From: Minisyncoccota bacterium
GTDB taxonomy: Bacteria; Patescibacteriota; Minisyncoccia; Phycocordibacterales; UBA9973
Direction: 5' to 3'
DNA length: 53,478 nucleotides
Assembly (NCBI GenBank): GCA_041659785.1
Contig: JBAZXO010000002.1
Coordinates: 1-53,478 of the forward strand
Below, piece after piece: positions 27,773 to 37,001 of this stretch. The position numbers were made by a program, and so were the translations under genes. Position 1 is the stretch's first letter; each line of letters starts with the position of its first letter. Below the pieces are notes generated by a model. It did no database searches. It was not told the DNA's origin and saw only the letters and a program-made list of their open reading frames with translations.

Positions 27773-30319
27773 ATGGACGAAATAATAAAAGAATTAAGAA
27801 GTATATTCAAAAACAAAAAGTTAGTAAAAAATATAGCACTATTGTGTGCAAGTATTTTTATTTTAGGGTCTGGGGTAATAGTAGTTTTGTTATTTTCTTT
27901 GCAAATTCCTGATTTTCATTCTTTTGGCGACAGAAAAGTTGTGAACTCTACTCAAATATATGATCGCACAGGGAAAATTTTGCTCTACGATATACATCAA
28001 GACACAAAAAGAACAGATATTTCTTTCGAACAAATGAGTCTAAATATAAAGAACGCAACCGTTGCAATTGAAGATTCTGAATTTTATACCCATGGTGGAA
28101 TAAGAATAACTTCTATTGTGCGAGCTCTCCTTTCTAATTTATTTGGTTTTGGTATAGGGGGCGGAGGTTCGACAATCACTCAACAATTAGTAAAAAATAC
28201 TCTATTAACACAAAGTAGTGGCTTGGGTAAGTATATTAGAAAAGTTAAAGAGTGGGTTCTAGCAATAAAAATAGACAGGGCTATGCCAAAAGAGAAAATC
28301 TTGGAAGCATATTTAAATGAAGTTCCTTATGGAGGAAATGTTTACGGAGTAGAAGCGGCAAGTAAAACTTACTTCAACAAAGATGCTCAGGATTTAACAT
28401 TGGCAGAATCAGCATACCTAGCATCAATACCTCAATCCCCCACAATGCTTTCTCCTTATGGAAAAAATAGAAACAAACTAGAAGAAAGAAAAAATCTAGT
28501 TCTTTCTAGAATGCTAGAACTAAAATTCATCACGAAAGACGAATACAATAAAGCAAAATCCGAAGTGGTCACATTTATTCCACAAGCAACGATGGGCATC
28601 AAGGCAGCACACTTTGTTTTTTTTATTAAAGATTATTTAGAACAAAAATATGGATCTAGTGTAATTGATAATGGTGGGCTAAAAGTTACTACGACTATTG
28701 ATGCAGACCTACAAGCGAAAGGTGAAGAAATTGTAAAAGAAGGTGCACTTAAAAATGAAAAAGATTGGAACGGAAAAAATGCAGGTTTAATAGCCATAGA
28801 CCCTAAAACAGGCCAAATTTTAACAATGGTGGGTTCAAGAGATTATTTCGACAAAACAATTGATGGTAATTTCAACATAACGACCGCCACTAGGCAGCCA
28901 GGGTCCTCTTTTAAGCCTTTTATTTACGCCACAGCCTTTAATAAGGGCTTTACTCCTGAAACAGTACTCTTTGACCTACCTACAGAATTTCAAACAACCT
29001 GTGACGCTTATGGAAAGGCTCTAGGAGGACACAACCAGAAAGATTGTTATATGCCGGATGATTTCGATGGAAAATTCCGTGGACCAATGAGCTTAAGAGA
29101 TGCACTCGCTCAATCAATAAACATTCCGGCGGTAAAACTTTTCTATTTAGCAGGCCTTCCTGACTCACTCAAAACAGCAGAAGACATGGGGATCACTACA
29201 TTAAAAAATATTGGACAATATGGATTAACGCTCGTTATCGGAGGCGGAGAAGTATCTCTCTTGGATATGACTTCAGCTTATGGAGTTTTTGCAAACAGCG
29301 GTGCAAGAAATCCATATACTGGAATTTTGAAAGTTGAAGACCTAAGTGGAAAAGTTTTAGAAGAATTTCAACCAAGAACAGAGGAAGTTTTACCGAAAAA
29401 TTCTGCTTTAACTATTTCTGATATTTTATCAGATAATAGAGCTCGCATACCAACCTTTGGAGCAAATTCAGTTCTTCAAATACCTGGAAGAAATGTCGCA
29501 GTAAAAACAGGAACAACAAACAATGCCAAAGATGCTTGGACCATAGGATATACTCCATCTATCGTAGTAGGTGTCTGGGCAGGAAATAATGAAAACACTC
29601 CTATGAAAAAAGGAGGTGCGGCAGTAGCAGGACCAATCTGGAATAAATTTATAACTGAAGCATTAAAAACCCTACCAAATGAAAGTTTTGAAAAACCAGA
29701 CACGGAGGTTGATATCACAAAAGTAAAACCAGCTCTTCGTGTTTTTTGGCAAGGAAATGAAAACTTTTTTATAGATAAAATTTCAGGTAAATTGGCCACC
29801 GAATTTACGCCCAAGGAAACACTTCAAGAAAAAGTAATTACAAACGTTCATTCAATTTTATATTGGGTAGACAAAAGAGATATTTTAGGAGCACCACCCG
29901 TTAATCCTCAGAATGATTCTCAGTTTAACCACTGGGAAATTCCAGTACAAAATTGGTGGGCACAGAACAAAGGAAAATACCCTGTCACAACATGGAGTGA
30001 AAAACCTGCTCTTACGGATGACGTACACACAAGTGCTAATCAACCCGTAGTATCAATCCTAGAACCAAACAGTGAGACCACCTACACCTCTGATCAAAAA
30101 ATAAATTTAAAAATTTCCAGCTCTGGTCGTTTTCCTTTGCAAAAAATGGATATTTTTATAAATGATATTTACCTAGAAACGATAGACGCACCATTTAATT
30201 TTTCTTTTTCGGGAAAAGATTTAGAAAATTTAAAAAGTGACAATGAATTAAAAATAATATCTTACGACACAGCCTTCAACCGCAACCAAACAATTACAAC
30301 CTTTAAAGTACAGCAATAA
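27773..30319 (+). CDS. Class A penicillin-binding protein (PBP1A family) with C-terminal Ig-like domain
   Basis: N-terminal TM; IEDSEF and GGSTITQQLVKN transglycosylase; GSSFKP, SIN, KTGT transpeptidase motifs. Confidence 0.95.
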   Translation: MDEIIKELRSIFKNKKLVKNIALLCASIFILGSGVIVVLLFSLQIPDFHSFGDRKVVNSTQIYDRTGKILLYDIHQDTKRTDISFEQMSLNIKNATVAIEDSEFYTHGGIRITSIVRALLSNLFGFGIGGGGSTITQQLVKNTLLTQSSGLGKYIRKVKEWVLAIKIDRAMPKEKILEAYLNEVPYGGNVYGVEAASKTYFNKDAQDLTLAESAYLASIPQSPTMLSPYGKNRNKLEERKNLVLSRMLELKFITKDEYNKAKSEVVTFIPQATMGIKAAHFVFFIKDYLEQKYGSSVIDNGGLKVTTTIDADLQAKGEEIVKEGALKNEKDWNGKNAGLIAIDPKTGQILTMVGSRDYFDKTIDGNFNITTATRQPGSSFKPFIYATAFNKGFTPETVLFDLPTEFQTTCDAYGKALGGHNQKDCYMPDDFDGKFRGPMSLRDALAQSINIPAVKLFYLAGLPDSLKTAEDMGITTLKNIGQYGLTLVIGGGEVSLLDMTSAYGVFANSGARNPYTGILKVEDLSGKVLEEFQPRTEEVLPKNSALTISDILSDNRARIPTFGANSVLQIPGRNVAVKTGTTNNAKDAWTIGYTPSIVVGVWAGNNENTPMKKGGAAVAGPIWNKFITEALKTLPNESFEKPDTEVDITKVKPALRVFWQGNENFFIDKISGKLATEFTPKETLQEKVITNVHSILYWVDKRDILGAPPVNPQNDSQFNHWEIPVQNWWAQNKGKYPVTTWSEKPALTDDVHTSANQPVVSILEPNSETTYTSDQKINLKISSSGRFPLQKMDIFINDIYLETIDAPFNFSFSGKDLENLKSDNELKIISYDTAFNRNQTITTFKVQQ

Positions 30320-30320
30320 A

Positions 30321-30578
30321 TTATCGAATATTTTGTGGACCCTTTTTTCCAAAAGCTTCTTGAAGTTTTGAAAAAATTTGATCTTGTTTTAAAAAAACTT
30401 CATTTTTATAAATAGGTTTAATATTTAAATAAATTATATTATTTTTTATTTCTATATCACCAGAAGATATTTCTGTTTTAATTACAGAGGATATAACATT
30501 TCTTATGATTTCCTTTTTTCCACCCTCTTTTAGAAGAATATTATTAAATCTATTTAATAAATCCTTTATTTCAATCAT
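30321..30578 (-). CDS. Small protein, possible DciA/DUF721-like helicase loader
   Basis: 85 aa, helix-strand-strand-helix-strand pattern, immediately downstream of dnaN. Confidence 0.45.
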   Translation of the reverse strand: MIEIKDLLNRFNNILLKEGGKKEIIRNVISSVIKTEISSGDIEIKNNIIYLNIKPIYKNEVFLKQDQIFSKLQEAFGKKGPQNIR

Positions 30579-30579
30579 A

Positions 30580-31677
30580 TTATCTATTCATTGGCATTAT
30601 AAGATAAGTAAAAGAAGGGTCAGAAACAGCTGATATGACGATGGGGCGAGAAGCACCAGATAATTTTATAGAAACACTGTCAGTATTTATTGACTGAAAA
30701 CAGTCTAGGAAATATTTATAATTAAAGCCTAACTCAACATTTTCCCCTTTTATCACAGAATCTAAGTATGTTTTATTTTCTCCAACATCATTATTAGAAG
30801 AAGAAAGCTCAAAAACTTTTTCTTTAGCTGAAACTTTCAAATTAACCTGATTAAATTTATCAGAAAAAATATTTGAGAGTTTTAATGCATTTAATAAATC
30901 TTGTTTCAAAACCACCACCTCGGTTGAAGAATCTTTAGGTATAATTTGCTTATAGTCTGGAAAAATTCCATCAATAATGCGTGATGTTAAGTAAGTATTA
31001 TCAGACGAGAAAGAAATTTGGTTTTTATTAAAACATACCTTTATAACACCCTTAACTTCTCCAAAAACTTTTAATATTTCTGCTATGTTTTTATAAGGTA
31101 TAAGAATACCGGAAATTTCTTCAAGGTCTTTTACTTTAATTTTCTTTTCTGCTAAACGAAAAGAATCCGTGGAGACAAAAACTAAATTATTGTCGTGGGT
31201 ATATATAAAAACACTTGAAATTTCAGGCTTTATATCAGAAACAGAGGAACTATAGTAAACGGATTTTATACCATCAATTAGTTTGGTTGATTCTATTTCA
31301 AAATTATTTCCAGTAACCAATGGTATTGTTGGAAAATCCTCATGTGGTTGACTTTTTAACCTTATTTGGCTTTTTTTAGTTTTAATTAATAAATTTTCAT
31401 CCTTACTTTCAAAAGAAACATTTTCGTTTTGAGAAACATTAGAAAAAACAGCGTTCAATATTGATCCAGAAATAGCCAAGGTTCCTTCTTTTTCTACTTT
31501 TGCAGGAATTTCAATCTCAATACCAAGACTTAAATTTGTTGATCTAAGTTTTAGTGAGTTTTTGGAAGCAATCAATAAAATTGAATTTAAAATAGGCAAA
31601 GTTAAATTTTTACCAGTTATTCTCTCTACTTGAGAAATTGCATTTTTTATTTTTTCTATTGAGCATTCTGTCTTCAT
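30580..31677 (-). CDS. dnaN: DNA polymerase III beta sliding clamp
   Basis: LPILNSILL, STNLSLGI, DFPTIP, STDSFRLA, FPDYKQIIP, YLIMPM. Confidence 0.97.
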   Translation of the reverse strand: MKTECSIEKIKNAISQVERITGKNLTLPILNSILLIASKNSLKLRSTNLSLGIEIEIPAKVEKEGTLAISGSILNAVFSNVSQNENVSFESKDENLLIKTKKSQIRLKSQPHEDFPTIPLVTGNNFEIESTKLIDGIKSVYYSSSVSDIKPEISSVFIYTHDNNLVFVSTDSFRLAEKKIKVKDLEEISGILIPYKNIAEILKVFGEVKGVIKVCFNKNQISFSSDNTYLTSRIIDGIFPDYKQIIPKDSSTEVVVLKQDLLNALKLSNIFSDKFNQVNLKVSAKEKVFELSSSNNDVGENKTYLDSVIKGENVELGFNYKYFLDCFQSINTDSVSIKLSGASRPIVISAVSDPSFTYLIMPMNR

Positions 31678-31915
31678 ATGTTTGTTTATATCTTCTATAT
31701 ATAATTTATTAATAATATTAGTTCTGTTGATAAGTGGATAAGTTTTTTTAATATTGTTTTGTAATACTTTTTTGGTTTTTTAATTTATTTTAAAACTTAA
31801 TAACTTTTTTTAATTTATTTTAATTATTTTTTATTATTATAAACTTCTTTTTTATAAATCTTTACTAACTTCCCCCACACTACTTATTAATTCTTTCTTA
31901 ACTTATTATTAACAG
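31678..31915. other. Candidate oriC (dnaA-dnaN intergenic)
   Basis: Extremely AT-rich; overlapping DnaA-box variants TGTTGATAA (31725-33) and AGTGGATAA (31733-41). Confidence 0.6.
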
Positions 31916-33256
31916 CTATTTAAACATAATTCTTATTTGTTCTAATTCTTGAATTAACTGCGAATCATTTTTTAAATCAGCTTTAATCTTTACACATGAG
32001 TGCATCACTGTGGTGTGGTCCTTCCCTCCTAGTTTTTGTCCTATTAAAGGATAAGACACACTAAAGTCCTCCCGGAGTAGATACATTATTATTTGTCGGG
32101 CTTTTACTATTTCTTTTTTTCTAGTTTTTTCATAAACAGATGCTTCTTCTAGTTTATAATAATCTGCCACAATTTTTACAACATCTTTAATCGCCATATT
32201 CTTTTTAGGCTTCATGTTGTTTTTTAGAAGGTTTTTTACTTCCAAAAGCGTAGGAGCTTTATTTTTCAAGCGATATTGGCAAACAATGAGGTTTAAGCTT
32301 CCCTCAAGCTCCCTGATATTTCCTTGCATTGCGCCAGCAACATACTCAACTAAGTCGTCCTCTAAAACAATATTAAGCTCTCGAAGCTTAACCTTTATAA
32401 TCGCGAGCCTGGACTCATATTCTGGTTCAGAGATATCGACTATCATTCCTGCAGCAAAGCGTGATTTAAGGCGGTCTGCGAGCTCTGGGATGTAGTTAGG
32501 GTGCTTATCAGAAGAAAAAATAATTTGCTTATTGTTTTCATAAAAAGTATTAAACGTATGGAAAAGTTCTTCTTGAATTTTTTCCATTTTTCCTATGAAC
32601 TGTATGTCGTCTATGATTAGAAGATCATATTTTCTATATTTTTCTTTAAAAGAGTTTGCTTTATTGCTTTGAAGTGAATTAATAAAGTCAGTTGCAAACT
32701 TTTCTAGGGTCATATAATGCACCTTTTTATCAGGATATTTGTCTTTTATTGAATTTCCTACTGCTTGGATCAAGTGAGTCTTCCCTAAACCAGTGCCTCC
32801 ATAAATAAAAAATGGATTGTATTTAGTTCCAGGAGACTCGATGATTGCTTGAGATGCCGCATAAGCGAGTTCGTTGAAGGCTCCGACGATAAAAGAGTTG
32901 AATTGGTACCTTGGGTTGAGGTTGTCTCCTGGATTTATATACAAATCCCTTAAAGGCAGCTCTTTTTCTACGGTTTCGTTTATTGTGATAATTTCTTGTT
33001 TAGGATTTTCTATTTTTGTAATGGTATATTCCACAGCCCGCATGTTTTCATAGGCTTCTGCTATGGTTTTAGTTATGAGTTTGTGGTATTTGTTCATGAG
33101 CCAGTCACGTACAAATTCGTTTGGGACGCCAATATAAATAATACCAGTTTCCTCTTTAACAATAGAGGTATTTTTGAACCAGGTGCTGAAGTTTGCTTTT
33201 GACATTCCTGCTTCAATCTTCAATAAACAATTTTTCCACAACTGTTTCGTATTCAT
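31916..33256 (-). CDS. dnaA: Chromosomal replication initiator DnaA
   Basis: LNPRYQFNSF, YNPFFIYGGTGLGKTHL, LIIDDIQF, RLKSRF, GGKDHTTVMH. Confidence 0.98.
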   Translation of the reverse strand: MNTKQLWKNCLLKIEAGMSKANFSTWFKNTSIVKEETGIIYIGVPNEFVRDWLMNKYHKLITKTIAEAYENMRAVEYTITKIENPKQEIITINETVEKELPLRDLYINPGDNLNPRYQFNSFIVGAFNELAYAASQAIIESPGTKYNPFFIYGGTGLGKTHLIQAVGNSIKDKYPDKKVHYMTLEKFATDFINSLQSNKANSFKEKYRKYDLLIIDDIQFIGKMEKIQEELFHTFNTFYENNKQIIFSSDKHPNYIPELADRLKSRFAAGMIVDISEPEYESRLAIIKVKLRELNIVLEDDLVEYVAGAMQGNIRELEGSLNLIVCQYRLKNKAPTLLEVKNLLKNNMKPKKNMAIKDVVKIVADYYKLEEASVYEKTRKKEIVKARQIIMYLLREDFSVSYPLIGQKLGGKDHTTVMHSCVKIKADLKNDSQLIQELEQIRIMFK

Positions 33257-33311
33257 AGTTTCATATTATACTATTTCTAAAATAGAAGACACTTTTAAGT
33301 CTTATTAACTC

Positions 33312-33331
33312 TGTTGATAAGCTGTGGATAA
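33312..33331. promoter_or_regulatory. DnaA-box pair upstream of dnaA
   Basis: TGTTGATAA (33312-20) and perfect TGTGGATAA (33323-31). Confidence 0.75.
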
Positions 33332-33336
33332 AAAAG

Positions 33337-33388
33337 CCTCTCCCCCAGCCCCTCTCCTTAGTAAGGAGAGGGGAGGTTTGGGGTGGGA
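33337..33388. repeat. Palindromic mini-element, CCCCTCTCC/GGAGAGGGG family
   Basis: CCCCTCTCCTT-agt-AAGGAGAGGGG with C-rich and G-rich flanks. Confidence 0.8.
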
Positions 33389-33454
33389 CCCGAATCTCGA
33401 AGGCCGGATGAGGTGAATTTGATTTATTGTTGGTTTTATTATAGACTTTATTAT

Positions 33455-33589
33455 ATGTCACAAACATACCAACCTAAAAAGAGAAAAAGAGCCCGAGCCC
33501 ATGGGTTTTTGGTTAGATCAAGAATAAAGACTGGTAAAAAGGTCTTAAAAAGAAGACGCCAAAAAGGTAGGGCTAAACTTTCAGTTTAA
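33455..33589 (+). CDS. rpmH: 50S ribosomal protein L34
   Basis: [18 protein letters not shown]...RRRQKGR; start moved to ATG 33455. Confidence 0.96.
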   Translation: MSQTYQPKKRKRARAHGFLVRSRIKTGKKVLKRRRQKGRAKLSV

Positions 33590-33668
33590 GTTATCAAGTT
33601 TGTAATGTTGAAAGTTTTTAAAGTAATAATTAATCTTTATGAACTTTATAACTTTTTACTTTATAACT
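33588..33668 (+). repeat. 8/9-nt repeat element, both arms, no cargo (rpmH-rnpA)
   Basis: AAGT-type arm 33588-33624; ACTT-type arm 33635-33668. Confidence 0.8.
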
Positions 33669-33675
33669 ATTAAGT

Positions 33676-34050
33676 ATGCTTCCTAAAAAAAATAGGGCCG
33701 ATAAAAAGGCAGTAGAAAAAATCTTTAAAGAAGGTAAGTTTGTTAATTCTCCAAACTTAACTTTTAAATTTGTAATACGCGGAGAAAATGATTTTCTTAT
33801 GAGCAACACAGAAGCCAGCTACTCATTGCGAAAATCATTTTCTCCGCGTGTTTCTGTTGTTGTGCCTAAAAGTGTAGCCAAGCTCGCAGTAAAAAGGAAT
33901 TCCCTAAGAAGACTTTTATATTCTATACTTATAAAATATATAAAAGATTTACCAGTTTCTCTTGTGGGTGTTTTTATTTTTAAAAAAGCAGAAAATGACG
34001 TCACAATTCTTGAAAATGAAATTAAAACAATATTCAATAAAATTCGTTAA
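33676..34050 (+). CDS. rnpA: Ribonuclease P protein component with in-frame palindromic insertion
   Basis: MLPKKNR, PRVSVVVPKSVAKLAVKRNSLRR (RNR motif); position rpmH-rnpA-yidD-yidC. Confidence 0.92.
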   Translation: MLPKKNRADKKAVEKIFKEGKFVNSPNLTFKFVIRGENDFLMSNTEASYSLRKSFSPRVSVVVPKSVAKLAVKRNSLRRLLYSILIKYIKDLPVSLVGVFIFKKAENDVTILENEIKTIFNKIR

Positions 34051-34231
34051 TTTTTACCAGAAATATATTTCTATTTTTACAAAACCAAACTGTGTTTTTT
34101 ATCCTACCTGTTCAGAATATACCAAACAAGCTATAGAAAAATATGGAACACTAAAAGGAATTTATTTAGGATTTTTACGTATTTTACGTTGTCATCCATG
34201 GCAAAAAAAACACATTGATCCCCTACTTTGA
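34016..34231 (+). CDS. yidD: Membrane protein insertion efficiency factor YidD
   Basis: YQKYIS, CVFYPTCSEY, RILRCHPW; start taken at ATG 34016. Confidence 0.93.
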   Translation: MKLKQYSIKFVNFYQKYISIFTKPNCVFYPTCSEYTKQAIEKYGTLKGIYLGFLRILRCHPWQKKHIDPLL

Positions 34232-34261
34232 TTTTTTGTTGTTTTAATATAGAATGGGGTA

Positions 34262-34987
34262 ATGCTTTCAAGTATTTGGAATATCGTTCTATATCATCCA
34301 TTATTAAACGCCCTAGCTTTTTTGGTATCTATTATACCTGGTGGGGACGTTGGTATTGCTGTTATAGTCCTCACTATCCTTGTTAAAATCATCCTCTTTC
34401 CTTTATCTCAGAAATCCATAGAAAGTCAGGCGGAGATGAATATTTTGACTCCTGAGATTAATAAAATCAAAACGAGCGGTGCTTCTAAAGAAGAGCAAGC
34501 ACGTCTTACTTTCGAACTTTATAAAAAACACAACACAAATCCATTTTCAGGATGTCTTTTAGTCTTAATTCAGATCCCTGTTATCTTCGCTTTGTATTAT
34601 GTATTTCTAAAAGGAATAAAATTTGACGGAGTCTTGTACTCTTTTATTCACGTACCCGCTCATGTAAATATGATTTTCCTTGGTTTTCTTGATATAACTC
34701 AAAAGAGCTTAGTATTAGCAATTTTGGCTGGTGTTTCTCAATATCTACAAGCACACTATATGCCTAAGCCTCCCACCCCTGCCCCAGGTGCCAGTGCTTC
34801 TTTCGCTGATAGCTTTACAAAGAGTATGAGCATGCAAATGAAATATATTTTCCCATTTATTATTGCTTTTATTGCTTACAGCATTTCTGGTGCTGTCGCT
34901 TTGTATTGGATTACCAGCAATCTTTTTATGGTGGGTCAACAGATTTATGTTAAAAGAGAGAAGAATTTTAAAATAGTTATAAAGTAA
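34262..34987 (+). CDS. yidC: Membrane protein insertase YidC (short, Oxa1-like)
   Basis: LTILVKIILFPL, LYKKHNTNPFSGCL..LIQIPV, ALYWITSNLF. Confidence 0.95.
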   Translation: MLSSIWNIVLYHPLLNALAFLVSIIPGGDVGIAVIVLTILVKIILFPLSQKSIESQAEMNILTPEINKIKTSGASKEEQARLTFELYKKHNTNPFSGCLLVLIQIPVIFALYYVFLKGIKFDGVLYSFIHVPAHVNMIFLGFLDITQKSLVLAILAGVSQYLQAHYMPKPPTPAPGASASFADSFTKSMSMQMKYIFPFIIAFIAYSISGAVALYWITSNLFMVGQQIYVKREKNFKIVIK

Positions 34988-35008
34988 AAAGTTATAAAGT
35001 TCATAAAG
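34975..35008 (+). repeat. 8/9-nt repeat element, solo 5' arm (yidC-jag)
   Basis: AGTTATAAAGTAAAAAGTTATAAAGTTCATAAAG spans the yidC stop. Confidence 0.8.
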
Positions 35009-35013
35009 AATTT

Positions 35014-35496
35014 ATGAAAAAGGAAGAGATTCAAAATTTAATAAAAGAATTAATAGAGAAAACCACAGTAAAATTAAACGAAATTTCAGTTGTTGAAGAT
35101 GGCCCTAAAAATTTATGGGTTTCTCTGGAGGTGAATGAACCACATTTTTTTATTTCACGCGAGGGTGAAGGCTTGCATGCTTTGAGTCATCTTGTGCATC
35201 GAATTATTGAATCAAAGTCTTCTCCAAAATCTGGATTAGGAGAAAGAAATGAATCAGGCTTAGGAATTATCATAGATGTAAATGGTTTTCAAAAGAAACA
35301 CGTCGAGAGTATCCGTGCCATAGCTCACATGATGTCTGAAAGAGCACGATATTTTAAATCTAATATAGAAGTTGACCCAATGTCTGCTTTTGAACGCAGA
35401 ATTGTTCATGAGTTTTTATCTGATGCAAGTGACCTCAAAACTGAATCCATGGGTATGGGGCGCGATCGTCGTGTTGTTATTAAATACATTGGCTAA
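35014..35496 (+). CDS. jag: Jag/KhpB-like KH-R3H RNA-binding protein
   Basis: ISREGEGLHAL KH-like motif, IDVNGF, PMSAFERRIVH R3H motif; follows yidC. Confidence 0.88.
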   Translation: MKKEEIQNLIKELIEKTTVKLNEISVVEDGPKNLWVSLEVNEPHFFISREGEGLHALSHLVHRIIESKSSPKSGLGERNESGLGIIIDVNGFQKKHVESIRAIAHMMSERARYFKSNIEVDPMSAFERRIVHEFLSDASDLKTESMGMGRDRRVVIKYIG

Positions 35497-35511
35497 AATA
35501 TATAGGTCTAA

Positions 35512-35583
35512 ACCTCACCCCGTCTCGCAAGCGAGCCACCCCTCTCCATTTTAGAAAATGGAGAGGGGAAAAAGGGGTGAGGT
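35512..35583. repeat. Palindromic mini-element, CCCCTCTCC/GGAGAGGGG family
   Basis: CCCCTCTCCATTTT/AAAATGGAGAGGGG stem; 35516-35544 is the exact reverse complement of 50159-50187 inside rsmA. Confidence 0.85.
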
Positions 35584-35587
35584 GCAT

Positions 35588-36982
35588 TTATTTTAATCCT
35601 AACTCCCACAAGAAAGAATCTTTTTTGTTTACAAAAAATAGGTAATTTTCTCCATCATCCAATGCAAGTTTAATGCTGTCTGTGTCTTGTCCTCCTTGCA
35701 CAGTTACTGGGTCTGCAATTATTGTGGCATTTCCAGTTTTAATATCTATTTTCCAAATTTGATCTGAGAAAGAAACTTCTCCTTGATACCAAGTATCTGG
35801 ATAGCTCCCCGCGTTAATATTTTTAGGTACTCCGCAATAAGCAGTGTCACTTGTTTTATTCCAGACACATTTTTCTGGTAAAGTTTTCACTCCGAGTGGG
35901 TCTGTTGTTTTTGTGTCTGTGTGATAAACATTGAGAAATAAATTATTATCACTATATAGAACTAATTTTCCACTAGGACTTGTTAGTGTGGTGAGTCCAT
36001 TTATACCTCCTAATACTTTGGTTAAATTTTTATTAGTTGGATCCATCATATACATATATCCTTGTACGCTAGAGGCGGGCTTAGTGGTGAAGGTAATCAT
36101 TTTACTATTGGGCCACCAAGATAACCATTCTGTAAATGCTGAACTGAAAACTTGAACTTTCTTATTAGTTGCGAAGTTTAGAGTCGTCCCTATCATATTA
36201 TCTCCAGAGTTAAATAAATAGAATAAACTTCCAGCATCAGAAGACAGGCTTACATCTTTTATATCATCAGGTAAGAATGTTCCCTTTACTTCATTGCTGC
36301 TCGTTGTGTCTGCGCCCAATATTTCTTTAGGAAGATTACCAACAAAAGTAGCAATTGTTTTAGCATCCCCTTTTAAATATCTCATTATCACCGAGCCTCC
36401 ATTGTTGCCAAAGAAAACTTCGTATATTTTAGGAATTATTGTTATGGAAAATTTCTGTTCGAGGATTCTGTCTGCAAAAGTTTGATAGATGTTTCCCGTA
36501 GCTCTCTCTACGTATCTCAATGCAGGCATAAATTCAGTTGGTGGAGCAATTGGTTTTACTAAAGTCTTTTTTAGACCCCCCGCACCCCCCTTAGCAGGGG
36601 GGACAGGATTAGCTCCCTCTCCTGATAAGGGGAGGCTGGGAGGGGTTGTATTGTTTGGTGTTACTACAGGGACATCTTTTAATCTTTCTTTAGAAAATAC
36701 AGTAAATCCAGCTATAGGCATACTAGAAATTTTTCTTAATTTTACTAGTAAGTCTGGATTTGTGGGAGTTGGTTCATATCCAGAAACATCTACTGGAGGA
36801 GTAACTGCTGGAGTTACTGGTTTGTTGTTATTTCCAAATGGATTAAATTGGGAACCAAAATTTGTGCCACCCGTGTCAACGCCCAGTGTGCCTGTTGGTT
36901 GCTGTAAATATAAAAATCCAAATACCCCAACTACAACGATGGCTAGAATGATTATTAAAAGTATAAAGTTTCTTTTTGACAT
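35588..36982 (-). CDS. Membrane-anchored exported protein, possible beta-propeller
   Basis: N-terminal TM, Pro-rich linker, repeated S.D/W.P strand motifs; carries a palindromic insertion at 36576-36645. Confidence 0.6.
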   Translation of the reverse strand: MSKRNFILLIIILAIVVVGVFGFLYLQQPTGTLGVDTGGTNFGSQFNPFGNNNKPVTPAVTPPVDVSGYEPTPTNPDLLVKLRKISSMPIAGFTVFSKERLKDVPVVTPNNTTPPSLPLSGEGANPVPPAKGGAGGLKKTLVKPIAPPTEFMPALRYVERATGNIYQTFADRILEQKFSITIIPKIYEVFFGNNGGSVIMRYLKGDAKTIATFVGNLPKEILGADTTSSNEVKGTFLPDDIKDVSLSSDAGSLFYLFNSGDNMIGTTLNFATNKKVQVFSSAFTEWLSWWPNSKMITFTTKPASSVQGYMYMMDPTNKNLTKVLGGINGLTTLTSPSGKLVLYSDNNLFLNVYHTDTKTTDPLGVKTLPEKCVWNKTSDTAYCGVPKNINAGSYPDTWYQGEVSFSDQIWKIDIKTGNATIIADPVTVQGGQDTDSIKLALDDGENYLFFVNKKDSFLWELGLK

Positions 36983-37001
36983 ATTGTTTTAATTTTATTT
37001 A

